A DNA stretch of 63,996 nucleotides, the filler included, from Octopus bimaculoides (lineage: Eukaryota), in the NCBI RefSeq assembly GCF_001194135.2. It is 5 parts of 5 records of this genome, joined end to end, with 100 filler letters (N's around TTAATTAATTAA, not from the genome) between each part and the next. Parts side by side here need not be neighbours in the genome. Positions count along the whole stretch, not along the records: positions 1 to 24,677 come from NC_068988.1; positions 24,778 to 48,789 come from NC_069007.1; 3 more parts are not named here. The stretch is one strand, 5' to 3'. Positions 12,400 through 25,437 of the stretch are shown here, in pieces. The translations under genes and the position numbers were made by a program. The notes under the pieces were generated by a model, which was not told the DNA's origin, ran no database searches, and saw only the letters and a program-made list of their open reading frames with translations. Position 1 is the first letter of the stretch; every line of letters starts with the position of its first letter.

Positions 12400-13540
12400 C
12401 AAAGCAAAATATAGTTATATTTTGGGTCCGAGCGTTGCAATACAATGGTAAAGTAAACACAATTATGACATTACCACATTTATTCGATATGGCCGCCCCT
12501 GTTTCGAATCACAGCCTTGAGTCTAGTTGCGACTTTTTCACACGTGGCAGGCAGCTGTTCTTGCGGAATCGAAGCCCATTTTTAACGATGTTTTCCCTTT
12601 GGATTGTCCAGCGAAGCATGAGGAATGCTCGAGACCCTCGTTTCTAAAATGGACTAAGCAGAAAAGTCCAACAGGTTCAGATCGAGGATTCTTCAGGGCC
12701 ATACATCCTTGCCTATGAACGACGGAATGTTTTTCTGGATCCAGAGTTGTGTTTGTTTGGAGCTGTGAGATGGTACCGAGTCCTGTTGGAGGCTCCATGG
12801 TGCTCCTTGCAAGTGGTCATTCGCCCGAGTTCAGCTTCCAGAATGTCGCTAATGTATCGTTCGTTGGATGTTAATTTTAACACCCAAGGGCACAAAAACG
12901 AGGGACGGCTTTTCAGTGGCTGTGGCAGCCGCCTAAACCATTACTGATTGTGGATTTTGACGTCGATTTACGAGTTCACTCTCGACGGAGGCAGATACAT
13001 TCCAAAGTCGGTCATGCTCATGGTTTACTCTTTGCCTGATATCAAATTTCTCTTCATCAGCGAACAGCAGCGTGCCTCTAGTAGTATTAGACGACTTCTC
13101 TCCAGTCTCATGGACTTATAAACTTGCGTGAGATCATGATGACGGTTCATCTTGTAAGGATGGGTCCTTCAGCACTCGATACATCGATGTTCGGCTTTTC
13201 TCTGCTGTTGCAGACAGTTTTCTGATGGAGCTATAAGGATTTACCCGTATCTTTAACCGGTACTTTTGATAATCTTAGGGGTCGCCACACTTCTTTTTCG
13301 GCCGCGTCTACGTCGATCAGCAGTGGAACCAGTCTCTTTAAATTCCATCGCAATTTTCCAGACTGTTGTTCGGATAATGTGAAGTTTCGTCGCTATAGTT
13401 GTATTACTTTCGCCTCCTTTGTGGAGGGCTATGATTGGATTTCGGTCTATATCTAATTTATATATCTGAATTTTATTTAATTTGAAACAAAACGAAGTCA
13501 CAGTAATCTTTTCTAATGATACATAATCTTCATATCTTCT
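12400..13540 (-). mobile_element. Second degenerate Tc1/mariner (maT-like) transposase
   Basis: N-terminal HTH IIALHKGGESNTTIATKLHIIRTTVWKI...RRRGRKRSV; LLFADEEKF; NPQSVMV; FVPLGVKIN; a decayed WP..S.DLNP.D equivalent. Frameshifted; boundaries approximate. Confidence 0.82.
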
Positions 13541-14112
13541 CACAATTATTGATAGTTGATATATANNNNNNNNNNNNNNNNNNNNNNNNNNNNNNNNNNN
13601 NNNNNNNNNNNNNNNNNNNNNNNNNNNNNNNNNNNNNNNNNNNNNNNNNNNNNNNNNNNNNNNNNNNNNNNNNNNNNNNNNNNNNNNNNNNNNNNNNNNN
13701 NNNNNNNNNNNNNNNNNNNNNNNNNNNNNNNNNNNNNNNNNNNNNNNNNNNNNNNNNNNNNNNNNNNNNNNNNNNNNNNNNNNNNNNNNNNNNNNNNNNN
13801 NNNNNNNNNNNNNNNNNNNNNNNNNNNNNNNNNNNNNNNNNNNNNNNNNNNNNNNNNNNNNNNNNNNNNNNNNNNNNNNNNNNNNNNNNNNNNNNNNNNN
13901 NNNNNNNNNNNNNNNNNNNNNNNNNNNNNNNNNNNNNNNNNNNNNNNNNNNNNNNNNNNNNNNNNNNNNNNNNNNNNNNNNNNNNNNNNNNNNNNNNNNN
14001 NNNNNNNNNNNNNNNNNNNNNNNNNNNNNNNNNNNNNNNNNNNNNNNNNNNNNNNNNNNNNNNNNNNNNNNNNNNNNNNNNNNNNNNNNNNNNNNNNNNN
14101 NNNNNNNNNNNN

Positions 14113-14172
<60 letters not shown>

Positions 14173-14774
14173 AGAGAGAGAGAGGTCACAAAAGTGACAG
14201 AGGGTACTGACTAGCACCAACTATTGCTAGAAATAAGAGCTAAAACAATTCAAAAGCCACAAGCACTATCTTAATGACTGACAGTGTCTATAGTCGGATC
14301 GGCGATTTCGGATTTTGATGTAGACCATCTTAATTCCCTTAAGCGGTTATAAACTCCAAGGGTTAAACTCAACTACCTCTGTCAGTCTTATATATATTAA
14401 AAAAAAAAAAAGACCGCTGAAAACATGTCCTGATTTTCAAGACCGTAGAAGTGTACCGTCTGTCACTTATGTGACCTCTATTCATTTTGCCTTTAGTTTC
14501 AAATTACTCTAATAAGCCACCCATTTAATTTGTTATATATATATATAGGTTATGAACGACAGTGAGACCCAAAGGTGTCAGATAATGTCTTCCCCTTTCT
14601 TCTCTTTCTTTATTCCTATCTTCTTGTTTTCGATTTGACCTTACTAATACATTCCCTACTTTTAGGTCACCTTAAGTAAATCCCTTGATTCAATAGCACT
14701 GTGTATAAACTCTATACTTGGAATGACCAATTTTAAAGACTATTGGATTTTACTAATAAGGTATTGGAATTTTA

Positions 14775-15022
14775 TATGTATACCATTCTGCCTAAACAAT
14801 GGATCTACAAATACAATAGCCCTGCTTATCCTACATCTATTTTCGTTCCTCAGCTTCACTCGCTATTTCATATCTTATATAAATTAACTATTACTTAAGC
14901 ATCTTCTCACACCGTCTCCGATGAATGGATATAATAAATATCCTGAAAACAGCTGTAAGATCTATTTAAAAATAATTCTATAATATACACAGCCTTAGTT
15001 TTTTTATCTCATTACGAAAAGT
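14775..15022 (+). repeat. Interspersed repeat family C (about 230-250 nt; second copy at 45820-46042)
   Basis: Shared from TATG(T)GTATACCATTC to CTCATTACGAAAAGT; carries the family C hammerhead-like fold. Confidence 0.8.
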
Positions 15023-15026
15023 GAAT

Positions 15027-15095
<69 letters not shown>

Positions 15096-15098
<3 letters not shown>

Positions 15099-15275
15099 AG
15101 AATTCACAAAAACACAGCAGAGGAAGACAGGTGGTGTATAAAACAAATAGATTTATTAGTATAACGCTCGGGAATTGAAAAAGTCTTAAACGCTTCGAGC
15201 CTACGCTCTTCCACAGAAAGGAACACAGAAAGAATCAGGGAGAGAAAAAAATGTGTGTAGTGGTCAGCTATCTAT
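15096..15275 (-). repeat. Short interspersed repeat family B (Penelope-terminus-like), adjacent to (TA)n
   Basis: About 170-nt element recurring at 12212-12352, 40712-40880, 48918-49100 and 56880-57052 (opposite orientation); carries the family B hammerhead-like fold. Confidence 0.8.
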
Positions 15276-16950
15276 CATGGCGAATATGTATATACATGCA
15301 TTTATGTACATATGTATGTAATCGTGCGTCACCTGACAACGGGCGTTGTGCCTGGTAGCACTACTGATTCACGGCATCCTATGTCTTTTTTGTGTCTTAT
15401 GTTTTGCTAAGCAACAGGGCTGCAGCGTGGTTAAATTAGGATCTGAACTTAGCATCTGAAGCGAGTAACTTAATCCTACATGTTATTTTTTCCGGTCCTT
15501 TACAGTTTCTGTCAAATTAAACAAGATTAGCAATGTCTTCTTACATTATCACGAAACCAGAAATTTCTATGGGAATGGATTGAATCCTGTTTATGGTTCA
15601 TAGTAATGTTATCGATACTGGATTGCTTTCAAATAAAAATGAAGAATGACGGAAGTAATTACTATAAAGAATTAATACGACGCTCTAGCATTTTTACCAT
15701 TCCTCATTATTGTCAATAATCCTTTTTATTTCGGAACAAAAGCACACATACCCATCAAAGTCTGGTTAATAAGTCTCACTACTGGGCAGGATTTATTTTA
15801 AACGCTTCACTTAGGCAGTAAGCAGGCAAAATTATTAGTTTGTTAGGCAAAATGCTTAGCAGCCTTTATTCCGGTTCTTTAAACTCTGAGTTCATATTTT
15901 TCCGATGTCGATTTCACGTGTCATACCTTCAGAGTGGATCGAATAACTACCAGTTCAGCAGTGAGATTGGTGTAATCAACTTACTACTCCCCTAAATTTA
16001 CTGGCGTTGTATCAAAACTTGAAACTATTTGATCAACTTCAGTAGGAAAAAGTAAAGCAAAAAGTTCAATAACCTTGAACTTAGAAAATAAACGGTTGAT
16101 AACGATATATAATAGGATTTTAATAATTTATTCAAACAGGGAATTAACTATAGAGTTCGACGTTTTAGATGTGCAGTTGGAATATCCATGGGAAATGCCT
16201 GCAGAGATAAACGCTGGAGCAAATTCCCAAATACTGCATTACAGTAGAAAACATTTCAGAAAATATTTGAGCGTCATGTACAACAGGAGAAATAATCCTT
16301 TCAAATATTGGCACAAGGCCAGCAATTCTGAGGGAAGCTGGAGTTCGATTACATCGAACCCGTGCACAGCTGGTATTTATTTTATCGATCCCGAAATGAT
16401 GAAAAATAAAGTCAACGTTGCTATCATTTGAACTCAGAACGTAAATCCGGAAGAAATGCTGCTAAGCATTTTCTCCAACACAATAATGATTCTGCTAGCT
16501 CACCGCCTTCGACAGCAACACAAAGAATCCTTTCTACTTATACTCACAAAGCCTGAAATTTTGAGGGAGCGAGGAGTGTTTCTATTCAAGTACATCGACT
16601 CCAGTGTTCAAGTAGTACTTATTTGATCGATGCTAAAAGGATAAAGATCAAAGTCGACCGCGGTAGCATTTGAATTCGGAACGCAAAGCTGAGAGAAAAC
16701 AACATCAGCAAAAAAAAAAAAAAAAAAAAAACCGCACAAGTGAAGATAAACGTATTTCGGGTGCAGTTCAGGGAAAATGGCAAACGATTTCCTAGTTTAG
16801 GGCACCACGTAGACGCCAAGGAGGATTTTTATCAGTTATTAGTCCCCTGTGTTAAATCACCAGACATTGAAGATATTTTCTCTAATTAAATGAATTTTAA
16901 AAAAAATATTTTAATATAGTTTAAGAGATGAAGAATTATTTACATTATTT

Positions 16951-17205
16951 ACATTATTTACATTCAACAAATATTTGTCGTCATCTTGTTTGTTAACACA
17001 ACGTTTCGGCTGATATACCCTCCACCCTTCATCAGGTGTCTTGGGGAAATTTCGAACCTGGGTTTTCATTCCTAAGGTATTTTTCGATGTTTGTTATGAT
17101 TATTATTATTATTATTATTCAGGTCACTGCCTGGAATCGAACTCGGAATCTTGGGGTTGGTAGCCAGCGTTCTTAACCACTATGCCATATGCCCGTGGGC
17201 AGTGA

Positions 17206-17265
<60 letters not shown>

Positions 17266-17395
17266 CAACAACAACAACAAACATTGAAAAATACCTTAGG
17301 AATGAGAAGCCAGGTTCGAAATTTTCCCCAAGACACCTGATGAAGCTGTGTTAACAACAAGGTGAGGACAAATATCCATCAATTGTAAATAATGT
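16951..17395. mobile_element. Palindromic composite element: long inverted arms with (AAT)n, central tRNA-like A/B-box head
   Basis: Arms about 16951-17131 and 17198-17395 are reverse complements. The centre reads TGGCATAGTGGTTAAG...GAGTTCGATTCC on the minus strand. Confidence 0.8.
16995..17040 (-). ncRNA. Minimal type I hammerhead-like motif with canonical CUGAUGA core
   Basis: GACAC-CUGAUGA-A-GGGUG(GAGGGUAUAU)CAGCC-GAAA-CG-UU-GUGUU. Helix I GACAC/GUGUU, helix II with one G.G mismatch, loopless ACGU helix III. Confidence 0.65.
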
Positions 17396-17962
17396 GAAAA
17401 GTTATTTTGTATGTAGGTGCAAGGCTAAATTATTTTTGCGCGTGGTGCACACTCTATCGACTCAACTGCCTCACCCGATGTGTGTGTGTTTATATATGCA
17501 GACACACACACACACACACTCACATAGAGATGTGTTAATAAAAAAAATACTATTTATACTTCTATCACAGTTAGCAAACGTTGCTCATCCGATTACCCTA
17601 CTGTTGCTCTGTAGTGTGTAGTCAAGACATTCTCCATTCTGTACATACTCGGCGACTTGTCTCGATATTGATTCTGCGTCGAACACAGCATTGTGGGTGA
17701 TTTTTGTGGTAGGGCGGGGCTAAACATTGCTCCTTGTATCGATTGACCTGCTACCTGATTGAATTTCGTCACCATCTGATCGATATTTTCAACGACTCAC
17801 CGTCTTACTATAACACAGAATGGTAGTCGAACATGTCACGTGTGTTAGCTATGCTTGGTTGTGTGTAGGCTTGTAATCGTGTCTTGAGAATGAGAGGATG
17901 CGGACTGGAAAGGAGGAAAGAGAGCGAAAGAGGGCGAAAGTGAGAGTGAAACACTGTGTGAG

Positions 17963-18041
<79 letters not shown>

Positions 18042-18598
18042 ATATATGTGTATGCATGTATATATATNNNNNNNNNNNNNNNNNNNNNNNNNNNNNNNNN
18101 NNNNNNNNNNNNNNNNNNNNNNNNNNNNNNNNNNNNNNNNNNNNNNNNNNNNNNNNNNNNNNNNNNNNNNNNNNNNNNNNNNNNNNNNNNNNNNNNNNNN
18201 NNNNNNNNNNNNNNNNNNNNNNNNNNNNNNNNNNNNNNNNNNNNNNNNNNNNNNNNNNNNNNNNNNNNNNNNNNNNNNNNNNNNNNNNNNNNNNNNNNNN
18301 NNNNNNNNNNNNNNNNNNNNNNNNNNNNNNNNNNNNNNNNNNNNNNNNNNNNNNNNNNNNNNNNNNNNNNNNNNNNNNNNNNNNNNNNNNNNNNNNNNNN
18401 NNNNNNNNNNNNNNNNNNNNNNNNNNNNNNNNNNNNNNNNNNNNNNNNNNNNNNNNNNNNNNNNNNNNNNNNNNNNNNNNNNNNNNNNNNNNNNNNNNNN
18501 NNNNNNNNNNNNNNNNNNNNNNNNNNNNNNNNNNNNNNNNNNNNNNNNNNNNNNNNNNNNNNNNNNNNNNNNNNNNNNNNNNNGTGGTGGTGGTGATG

Positions 18599-18639
<41 letters not shown>

Positions 18640-19900
18640 TCAGATACAATGTACATACCTGTTTCCTTCCTCCTCTCTCTTCGCCCCCCCCCCGCCGCCC
18701 AATTAACATGTGCCTTTTCTGTATCATCCGCTCCTTGCCAATTCATTGCTGCATACCATCTCATTTACACAGTGCGCTTGCGCGAGTGAGTGCGAGCGTG
18801 TGTGCATATATGCATGTGTTTGTGTGCGTGTGTGTATATACACGTGTGTGTATATACACGTGTGTTTGTGTGCGTGTGTGCACGCGCGCTTTTGTTGTTT
18901 TTGTAGTAGTGCTTTCTTGTATGCATGCAGTGTGTCATCGTGTCCGCACTGAAAGTTCTGCGAGTAGGGAAAATATCAGTATTCGTTTGGCTATATTTCC
19001 TAATTTCAGTGATTTTGTGTGAAAGTCTATTTTGATAAGTTCATCAAGGTTTTAAGTAAGACCGCCTAATTGTTTTGTTTATGAGTGTGTGTACGTTCGT
19101 TTGCATGTCAGTGTGAACATATGACCGCGTGGATCTTAGTTTCTCTGTATGTGTTGTATGTGCGTTTAGTGAGAAATATGAATGTTTCCTGTGACTGATC
19201 AGTTGTGCTACATGTGACTGTAGCACTCCTATCTCTATGTTACGAATGTTGTGAATGTGGGTGTTTTACGAGGTTGTGAATGTGACACTTTTGTGCGTTA
19301 TGAATGTGCTGTTTCTATGCGTTGTAATTTTGTTGCGTGTTTGTTTGTTTATTCTTTTTATTTTACGTTTTAAACATAGTATTGCTACATGTGTGGTGAA
19401 CGTTGTGTTGCTATGTTTTGTGACTGTTATGTTGCTACGTATTATGTCATTGTAGGGTTGCTATATTTTGCGAACCGACTCCATGCTGGGTATGTTGCTA
19501 TGCGGTGTTTGTTGCATATTATGAATGTCGCGTAACTGAATATTTGTGCGAATGTGTGTTGCTATGTTTTGTGAATAGAATGTTGCTATATGTTGCATGA
19601 AGCTCGTGGTCCTCCTGTATTGTGTTACTACACTTTATGAATGACCTTTGGTCTCATGCTCCCTGAATGTGCAGCTGCTATGAGCCGATGACATGTCGTT
19701 GTCATGAGTGCGCGAAATGTTATTGCTTATTATATGTTCGTTAGAGACGGAGTTGCGAACATGTCATTTAAAATAAGTTTTTATATGTGCTGCGAATAGG
19801 ATGAATCTGTGTTCAGCAAATGGACAGTCACACATGCGCAGTAAATGATTCGTGAAAGACGCTACAGAAATTTTTAGTTTAATATACATAAGCGTAAAAT

Positions 19901-20386
19901 AGTGGTGAGCTGACTGACTCATTAGCAGGCCAGGCAAAATGCTTAGCGGCATTTCGTAAGTGTTCACGTTCTGAGTTCAAATTCCGCCGAGGTCGACTTT
20001 GCCTTTCATCTTCTCAGTGTCGATAAAAGAATTACAAGTCCAACACTGGAATCGATGTGATGGGCCTAGGCCTTCCTCCAAAATTTCAAGCTTTGTACCA
20101 AAATTCGATGGCAATATTACATAAGAATATGACGGCGAGCTAGCAGAATCTTTAGCAAGCCGAGCAAAATGCTAAACGCTATTTTATCTATCTGCACGTT
20201 CTGAATTCAAATTCCGCCGAGGGCAGCTTTGCCTTTCATCCTTTCGGGGTCAGTAAAATGAGTACTGGGGTCGATGTAATCCACTATTCCCTTTCCCAAA
20301 AAGTTCAGGCCTTGTGTCTATAGTTGATAGAATATTCCATAAGAATAATATGGTGAGCTGGCAGATTCGTTAGCACGCCGGGTAAG
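19901..20386 (+). mobile_element. SINE family S3, two full and one truncated head-to-tail copies
   Basis: Head GGCGAGCTGGCAGAATC..., B-box-like GAGTTCAAATTCC. Other copies at about 9405-9530, 10110-10430(-), 15820-16030, 16300-16690(-), 31760-31920, 45290-45450, 51630-51800(-), 58250-58400. Confidence 0.85.
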
Positions 20387-21088
20387 ATTTGGAATGAGCT
20401 TTAGTTAAGAGTGGAATAGGAGTTTGGTGACTTAGAGACAGTTTATTTAGCTGCATCTGAAATATTTTGTATTGTTCGATCGTTCCAAAATACTGTGATT
20501 GGTGCCATGCCCTGCTTTGCCTTTATCCCTACAGTTATGAGGTCGACCGATTTTGGGGCTATATTCAGTTTTTTATTGTCCTTTCTTTTTTGTGCTCATA
20601 AATCGGCACCTTCTTATTGTGATCTGATACTAGCACACATATACACCGGCAAGCACATGCATACAAGCACGCACACATATAAAGGAAAGCACTTATATGG
20701 GCGCGGGTAAATATATGTTTAAGGTTTATTATTGAGTGTTTGTATAGTTTTAAATATCCCGTGTAAATTTTGCTGATTTCAGAGTTTCATTCCATAGATT
20801 CCATCCATAGGAATATGTCTTTTATGAACGCCTTTCAAACATTGCATTAATGGTTTTAATGTTTCTCTGTAGCTGAAATGAGTTATATCATTACGCACTG
20901 GGAAGGATGTCAAGAGAAGACATTTGAAATTCGTCACAATCATCATCATCATCATTATGCTCGTCGTCGCCATTGTTGTCATTGTGGTCGTCGTCATCAT
21001 CATCATCGTCGTCACAACCACCACCACCATCATCATCACCATCATCATCATCATCATCATTTTTTTACCACCATCACCATAGTGGCGT

Positions 21089-21465
21089 GGAGGCGCAATG
21101 GCCCAGAGGTTAGGGCAGCGGACTCGCGGTCATAGGATCGCGGTTTCGATTCCCAGACCGGGCGTTGTGAGTGTTTATTGAGCGAAAACACCACAGGGCT
21201 CCGGCAGGGGATGGGGGCGAACCCTGCTGTACTCTTTCACCACAACTTTCTCTCACTCTTACTTCCTGTTTCTGCTGTGCCTGTATTTCAAAGGGTCAGC
21301 CTTGTCACACTGTGTCACGCTGAATATCCCCGAGAACTACGTTAAGGGTACACGTGTCTGTGGAGTGCTCAGCCACTTGCACGTTAATTTCACGAGCAGG
21401 CTGTTCCGTTGATTGGATCAAATGGAACCCTCGACGTTGTAAGCAACGGAGTGCCAACAGCAACA
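21089..21465 (+). mobile_element. Full-length tRNA-derived SINE family S2 with (CAA)n tail and 13-bp TSD
   Basis: A box TGGCCCAGAGG, B box GGTTTCGATTCCC, TSD ACCATAGTGGCGT at 21076-21088 and 21466-21478. Partial copies at 32576-32877, 33262-33430, 56219-56522, 5775-5865, 28338-28435; a relative at 44580-44842(-). Confidence 0.92.
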
Positions 21466-22411
21466 ACCATAGTGGCGTAAGTAGAGCTTGGTCACTCCAC
21501 CAGCTGCGAATATCACCTAAATCTACATTAAGACATACCCACCTATCTAAAATATGTCAGACGCTTTGGGAAAAGTAATTCGACATCGCTCTCCTAAAAG
21601 AGAGGAGGTTAATACCGGATTGTTTTCGCTCGTAGATCTCCTGGATCAGAGTTGAAATGGCACTAAACAAAAACACCAATTGTATATCTAATGCATATCT
21701 AATGTACAACAATGTTCCAGAAAATGCTAGCCTGTATAAAAGTGTTGCCAACCATTTCTCATACATAAATATAAGCATTGAAAAGCATATATATATACAC
21801 ATGTGTACCTGTACGCAGCGCAAAAGCAAATCATGAAACACAAACGTCTTGTTTACGTGACCTATTAAAACATTATTCGCTTCTAAATTATAGAGAAGTG
21901 ACAAAATACGCTTATAAACAGAGACGATTTAGATAATGATGGAGGCGAATGTATGCGTTCATAAGAGCATCAATGCAGGAGATTCGGATCACATGTACTG
22001 GCAGGCAACAGAACACAATCAAAAATAAATTAACATATCTAAATATAACGATTATATTTTTGTCAAAGACATATACTTAATTTTTATATTTCTTCTTTTT
22101 TTACAAGAAATGGTGGTTTATACCGATAAATCTGATAGTCTCCTTTATTTATTTTTCATGGTTACTGTTGTATGTTTGAAGTTTTAATATAGCTGCTTTC
22201 TTTTAAGTGTAGAAGAATTTAATAAAACATCTTGCTTTTTAATAAAATGCTGATTATTGTGAATACAGACTACGCCGCATTGCTATAAAAGTAAATTGAA
22301 GTGTTAAGTCAATAAGTGATCTCGATTTTATGACATACACCTAATGCTTACAATACAAACATACATAAATACATGTCTGCATGGAATTAATTGTGTATGT
22401 ATGTATACATA

Positions 22412-22456
<45 letters not shown>

Positions 22457-24326
22457 ATATGTATCTTTGCATAACAATTCTTTATTTGACGTGTTTCTTT
22501 ATAAATGGAACCATATTATAGCGAAGCTTTTTAATGCAGCATTTATTCGTTAAAACGACGTGTAAAAGTACTGCTTATTATTTCACCGTCCTTGGAATTA
22601 TGCACTTAAATTTGTCTCCTCGGGAACCATTTCGTTGCTCTGATAGAGCGAAGGAGTAAAGAAATCAAAGAATAGAAATCAGTAAATCGCAAATGGTTTG
22701 CTTTGATATTTTCAGTAGTTGCTGGTGCTATGTGGCTTTACTTGGATAGCGTTTTCTTAATTTTAAGTGTAGTAACTTTTTTAATTTATTCAATATTATT
22801 ATAGGCTCAGGCGTGGCTCTGTGGTAAGAAGTTTGATCTCCAACAACTTGGTTCTAGGTTAAGTCCTACCATGTGGTACCTTGGGCAAATGCGTTTTGCT
22901 AAAGCCTTGCGAGTGGACTTAGTAGATAAAAATTGAAAAACAGTTGGTTATATGTGTGTGTGTGTGTGTGTGTGTGATTTACCCCATCACCGCTTGACAA
23001 CCAGTGTTGGTGTGTTTAATATCCCGTAACTTACCAGCTTTCCAGGATATTGAAAATTATTTATAAAAAGAGGTGCAAAATTATTTTAATATAAACCCGA
23101 AAAATAAATCGCCTCACATAGTTATTGGAAGCAAATGACTTTGGAGTCTTGAAACGTAAGTATTGTTTCTTTATCATTCTGATATTCCAAGAGCAATGAA
23201 TGAGGTTTCCAAATTTAGTCGGTTTATTGTAATTGAAACCTATGAGAGCAAGCTAGTTACACGGGATTTGTTTATTGAATGTTTCGTTCAATATTTCTCT
23301 CCTGCTGTCGAAAGTTACAGGGATAAGAATATTTTTGAGCTCTGCAGCTGTGTAAGTTATTTTTATTCTACAAAACAGAATTTCCATGCTGCAGTCTATG
23401 TATCAGTTTTGAAGGGTGTCTATTTGTTAAACAATTCTTCGTAAATTTCAACATTATGCAACTGATAAAATAATATTAATAATACCTAGACTGAAGTTAA
23501 AATACTTATTTCATTCGGTTTCGTAAAAATTGTGTTCACATACAGTTAAAGAGGATCAGAGAAAACAGAATGAAGCAACCTAAACTAGAAATAGTCTTAT
23601 ATAAATGTCACAAGTATTGGGATTTGAAGAAGTTTATTGTCGTGAAGGTAATGCACGCTGATAACGCAAGCTTCACCTATGATGATTTTCAAGATTTAAT
23701 TTAACACCAAAGCATCTGTCTAGTTCTGAGAGCTAAAGAGTGATTACACCATCACTATTACCACCATGAAACAAGTTTAGAAAAGGAAATTTTATCTTCA
23801 GTCATTAGCGATGTAACCCGTGCTTCAGAACGACTTTTCAGAAAACTATCTAAATTATGAACAGAGCACGAACATGAATAGAACCGTAATGGCGAAAATA
23901 AATAGATATAAGGACGCTGTAGACGTTTGTAACAATAAAGAAAGAAAAAAGCATCGAGACAAGCATTTGTACGATGTTTTATAATGATAAAAATCTAACA
24001 GAAACCAATGGTAACATTTTTATTGTCTCATATTTCTTGCTTGTTACATAAATTAAAATGTGTGTATCTTCAAAAGAATTTTTATTTAGAAAGTGTGTAC
24101 GTATATTTTTATTGAATTGCATACATTTGGTCAATGGAGCATTCTATAAATGTAGGGACTTTGAAAAGTATTGTAATTTAATTGAATTTATATTTATTTC
24201 AGCAAAAATGGAAAAAAAAAGTAATAATCATTTTTTGCATCGCTCAAAAAAATGTAACATTTTATTCCGTTATTTGAGATATTGCTGTGTATATATATGT
24301 TTTTTTCTTTTAATTTAGGCACGTAC

Positions 24327-24367
<41 letters not shown>

Positions 24368-25437
24368 AGAGAGCTTGTATGCGTGCATGCGCGTAGGATT
24401 TTCGGAAAACTCGTTAGAACGTTGGATATAGTATTGGAACTCCGAGTTCAGATCTTAACAAGATGTCGATTGAATACCAGGGTTTGATTCTTTTGTCTCT
24501 AATTTTTGTCTTTCGTTCTCTTTTGCGTTCTCTCCAAATGAAGTTGGCTCTCGGCAGACTCGGAACGAAATAGGCTCTGGCAGATTTAATATGCCAGATC
24601 CATTGTATAACATAAGGGCACCCCACTGAGTCTCTCGGAGGAGTTGTAGGCTCATATATATGTATAAATACACACACNNNNNNNNNNNNNNNNNNNNNNN
24701 NNNNNNNNNNNNNNNNNNNNNTTAATTAATTAANNNNNNNNNNNNNNNNNNNNNNNNNNNNNNNNNNNNNNNNNNNNCGGCCCGAGGCTATAGTAGAAGA
24801 CACTTGCCCAAGGTACCACGCAGTGGGACTGAACCCAGAACCACGTGGTTGGTAAGCAACCTACTTACCACACAGCCATTCCTGCGCGTTAAATAAAGCT
24901 ATGTAGCAAGAATTCTTTTTGTAGTTCCTGGCAAAGATTGAAACTTTCATCCACATCTTCTCACTGTCTTTAAACAACATTTTGATTTTGTTTAAAAAAA
25001 AAAGGCTATTTTAAACTTATTTTTATCATTTGTAATTGATTGGGGGGGGGGGCTGATTTGACCCTTTAACATAAAGATTTATCAGCCAAATCTATTGCTT
25101 ATTTATTCACATTTTTTTGAATTAATCATGCATTATCTTGTAGCTTTGAGATTTTGAAGATATGGTTTTAGAATGACATTGTAGGGCAAGTGTGAGAGGC
25201 TGGATCTGGCCGGTTTTAACAATAAACAGAGACATATATACACACGTATACATATATAGATAGATATACACACACACATATAAACATATATATTCTGATG
25301 TAAGAAGTGAATATTAAAATCTAATTTTATTTCTGAATCTTGAAGTTTAAAATGTTCCTTTATCCCTGATCCCTATTCCTTGTACAGCACATAAAATACA
25401 AATTCCAGTAAAATCACACAGAGAGGATTTTTAAGAA

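Noticed and set aside
21089-21165. tRNA-like sequences (also 17127-17194 and the heads of S1 and S3)
   Set aside because: They are SINE heads: A/B boxes are present but there is no complete acceptor stem, and they continue into repeat bodies.
22700-23880. Scattered plus-strand splice-like signals and short frames (VAGAMWLYLD..., VISDVTRASERLFRKLSKL*); similar at 55159-55272 and, on the minus strand, 31247-31290
   Set aside because: Could not be joined into a phase-consistent model and no family motif was recognised; RNA-seq would be needed.
24678-24777. TTAATTAATTAA islands inside N runs (also 48834, 61712, 62924)
   Set aside because: At 24678-24777 the pattern is 44 N + 12 nt + 44 N = 100 bp and the other three look the same; the 12-mer puts stops in all six frames. 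It is an assembly gap spacer, not biology.
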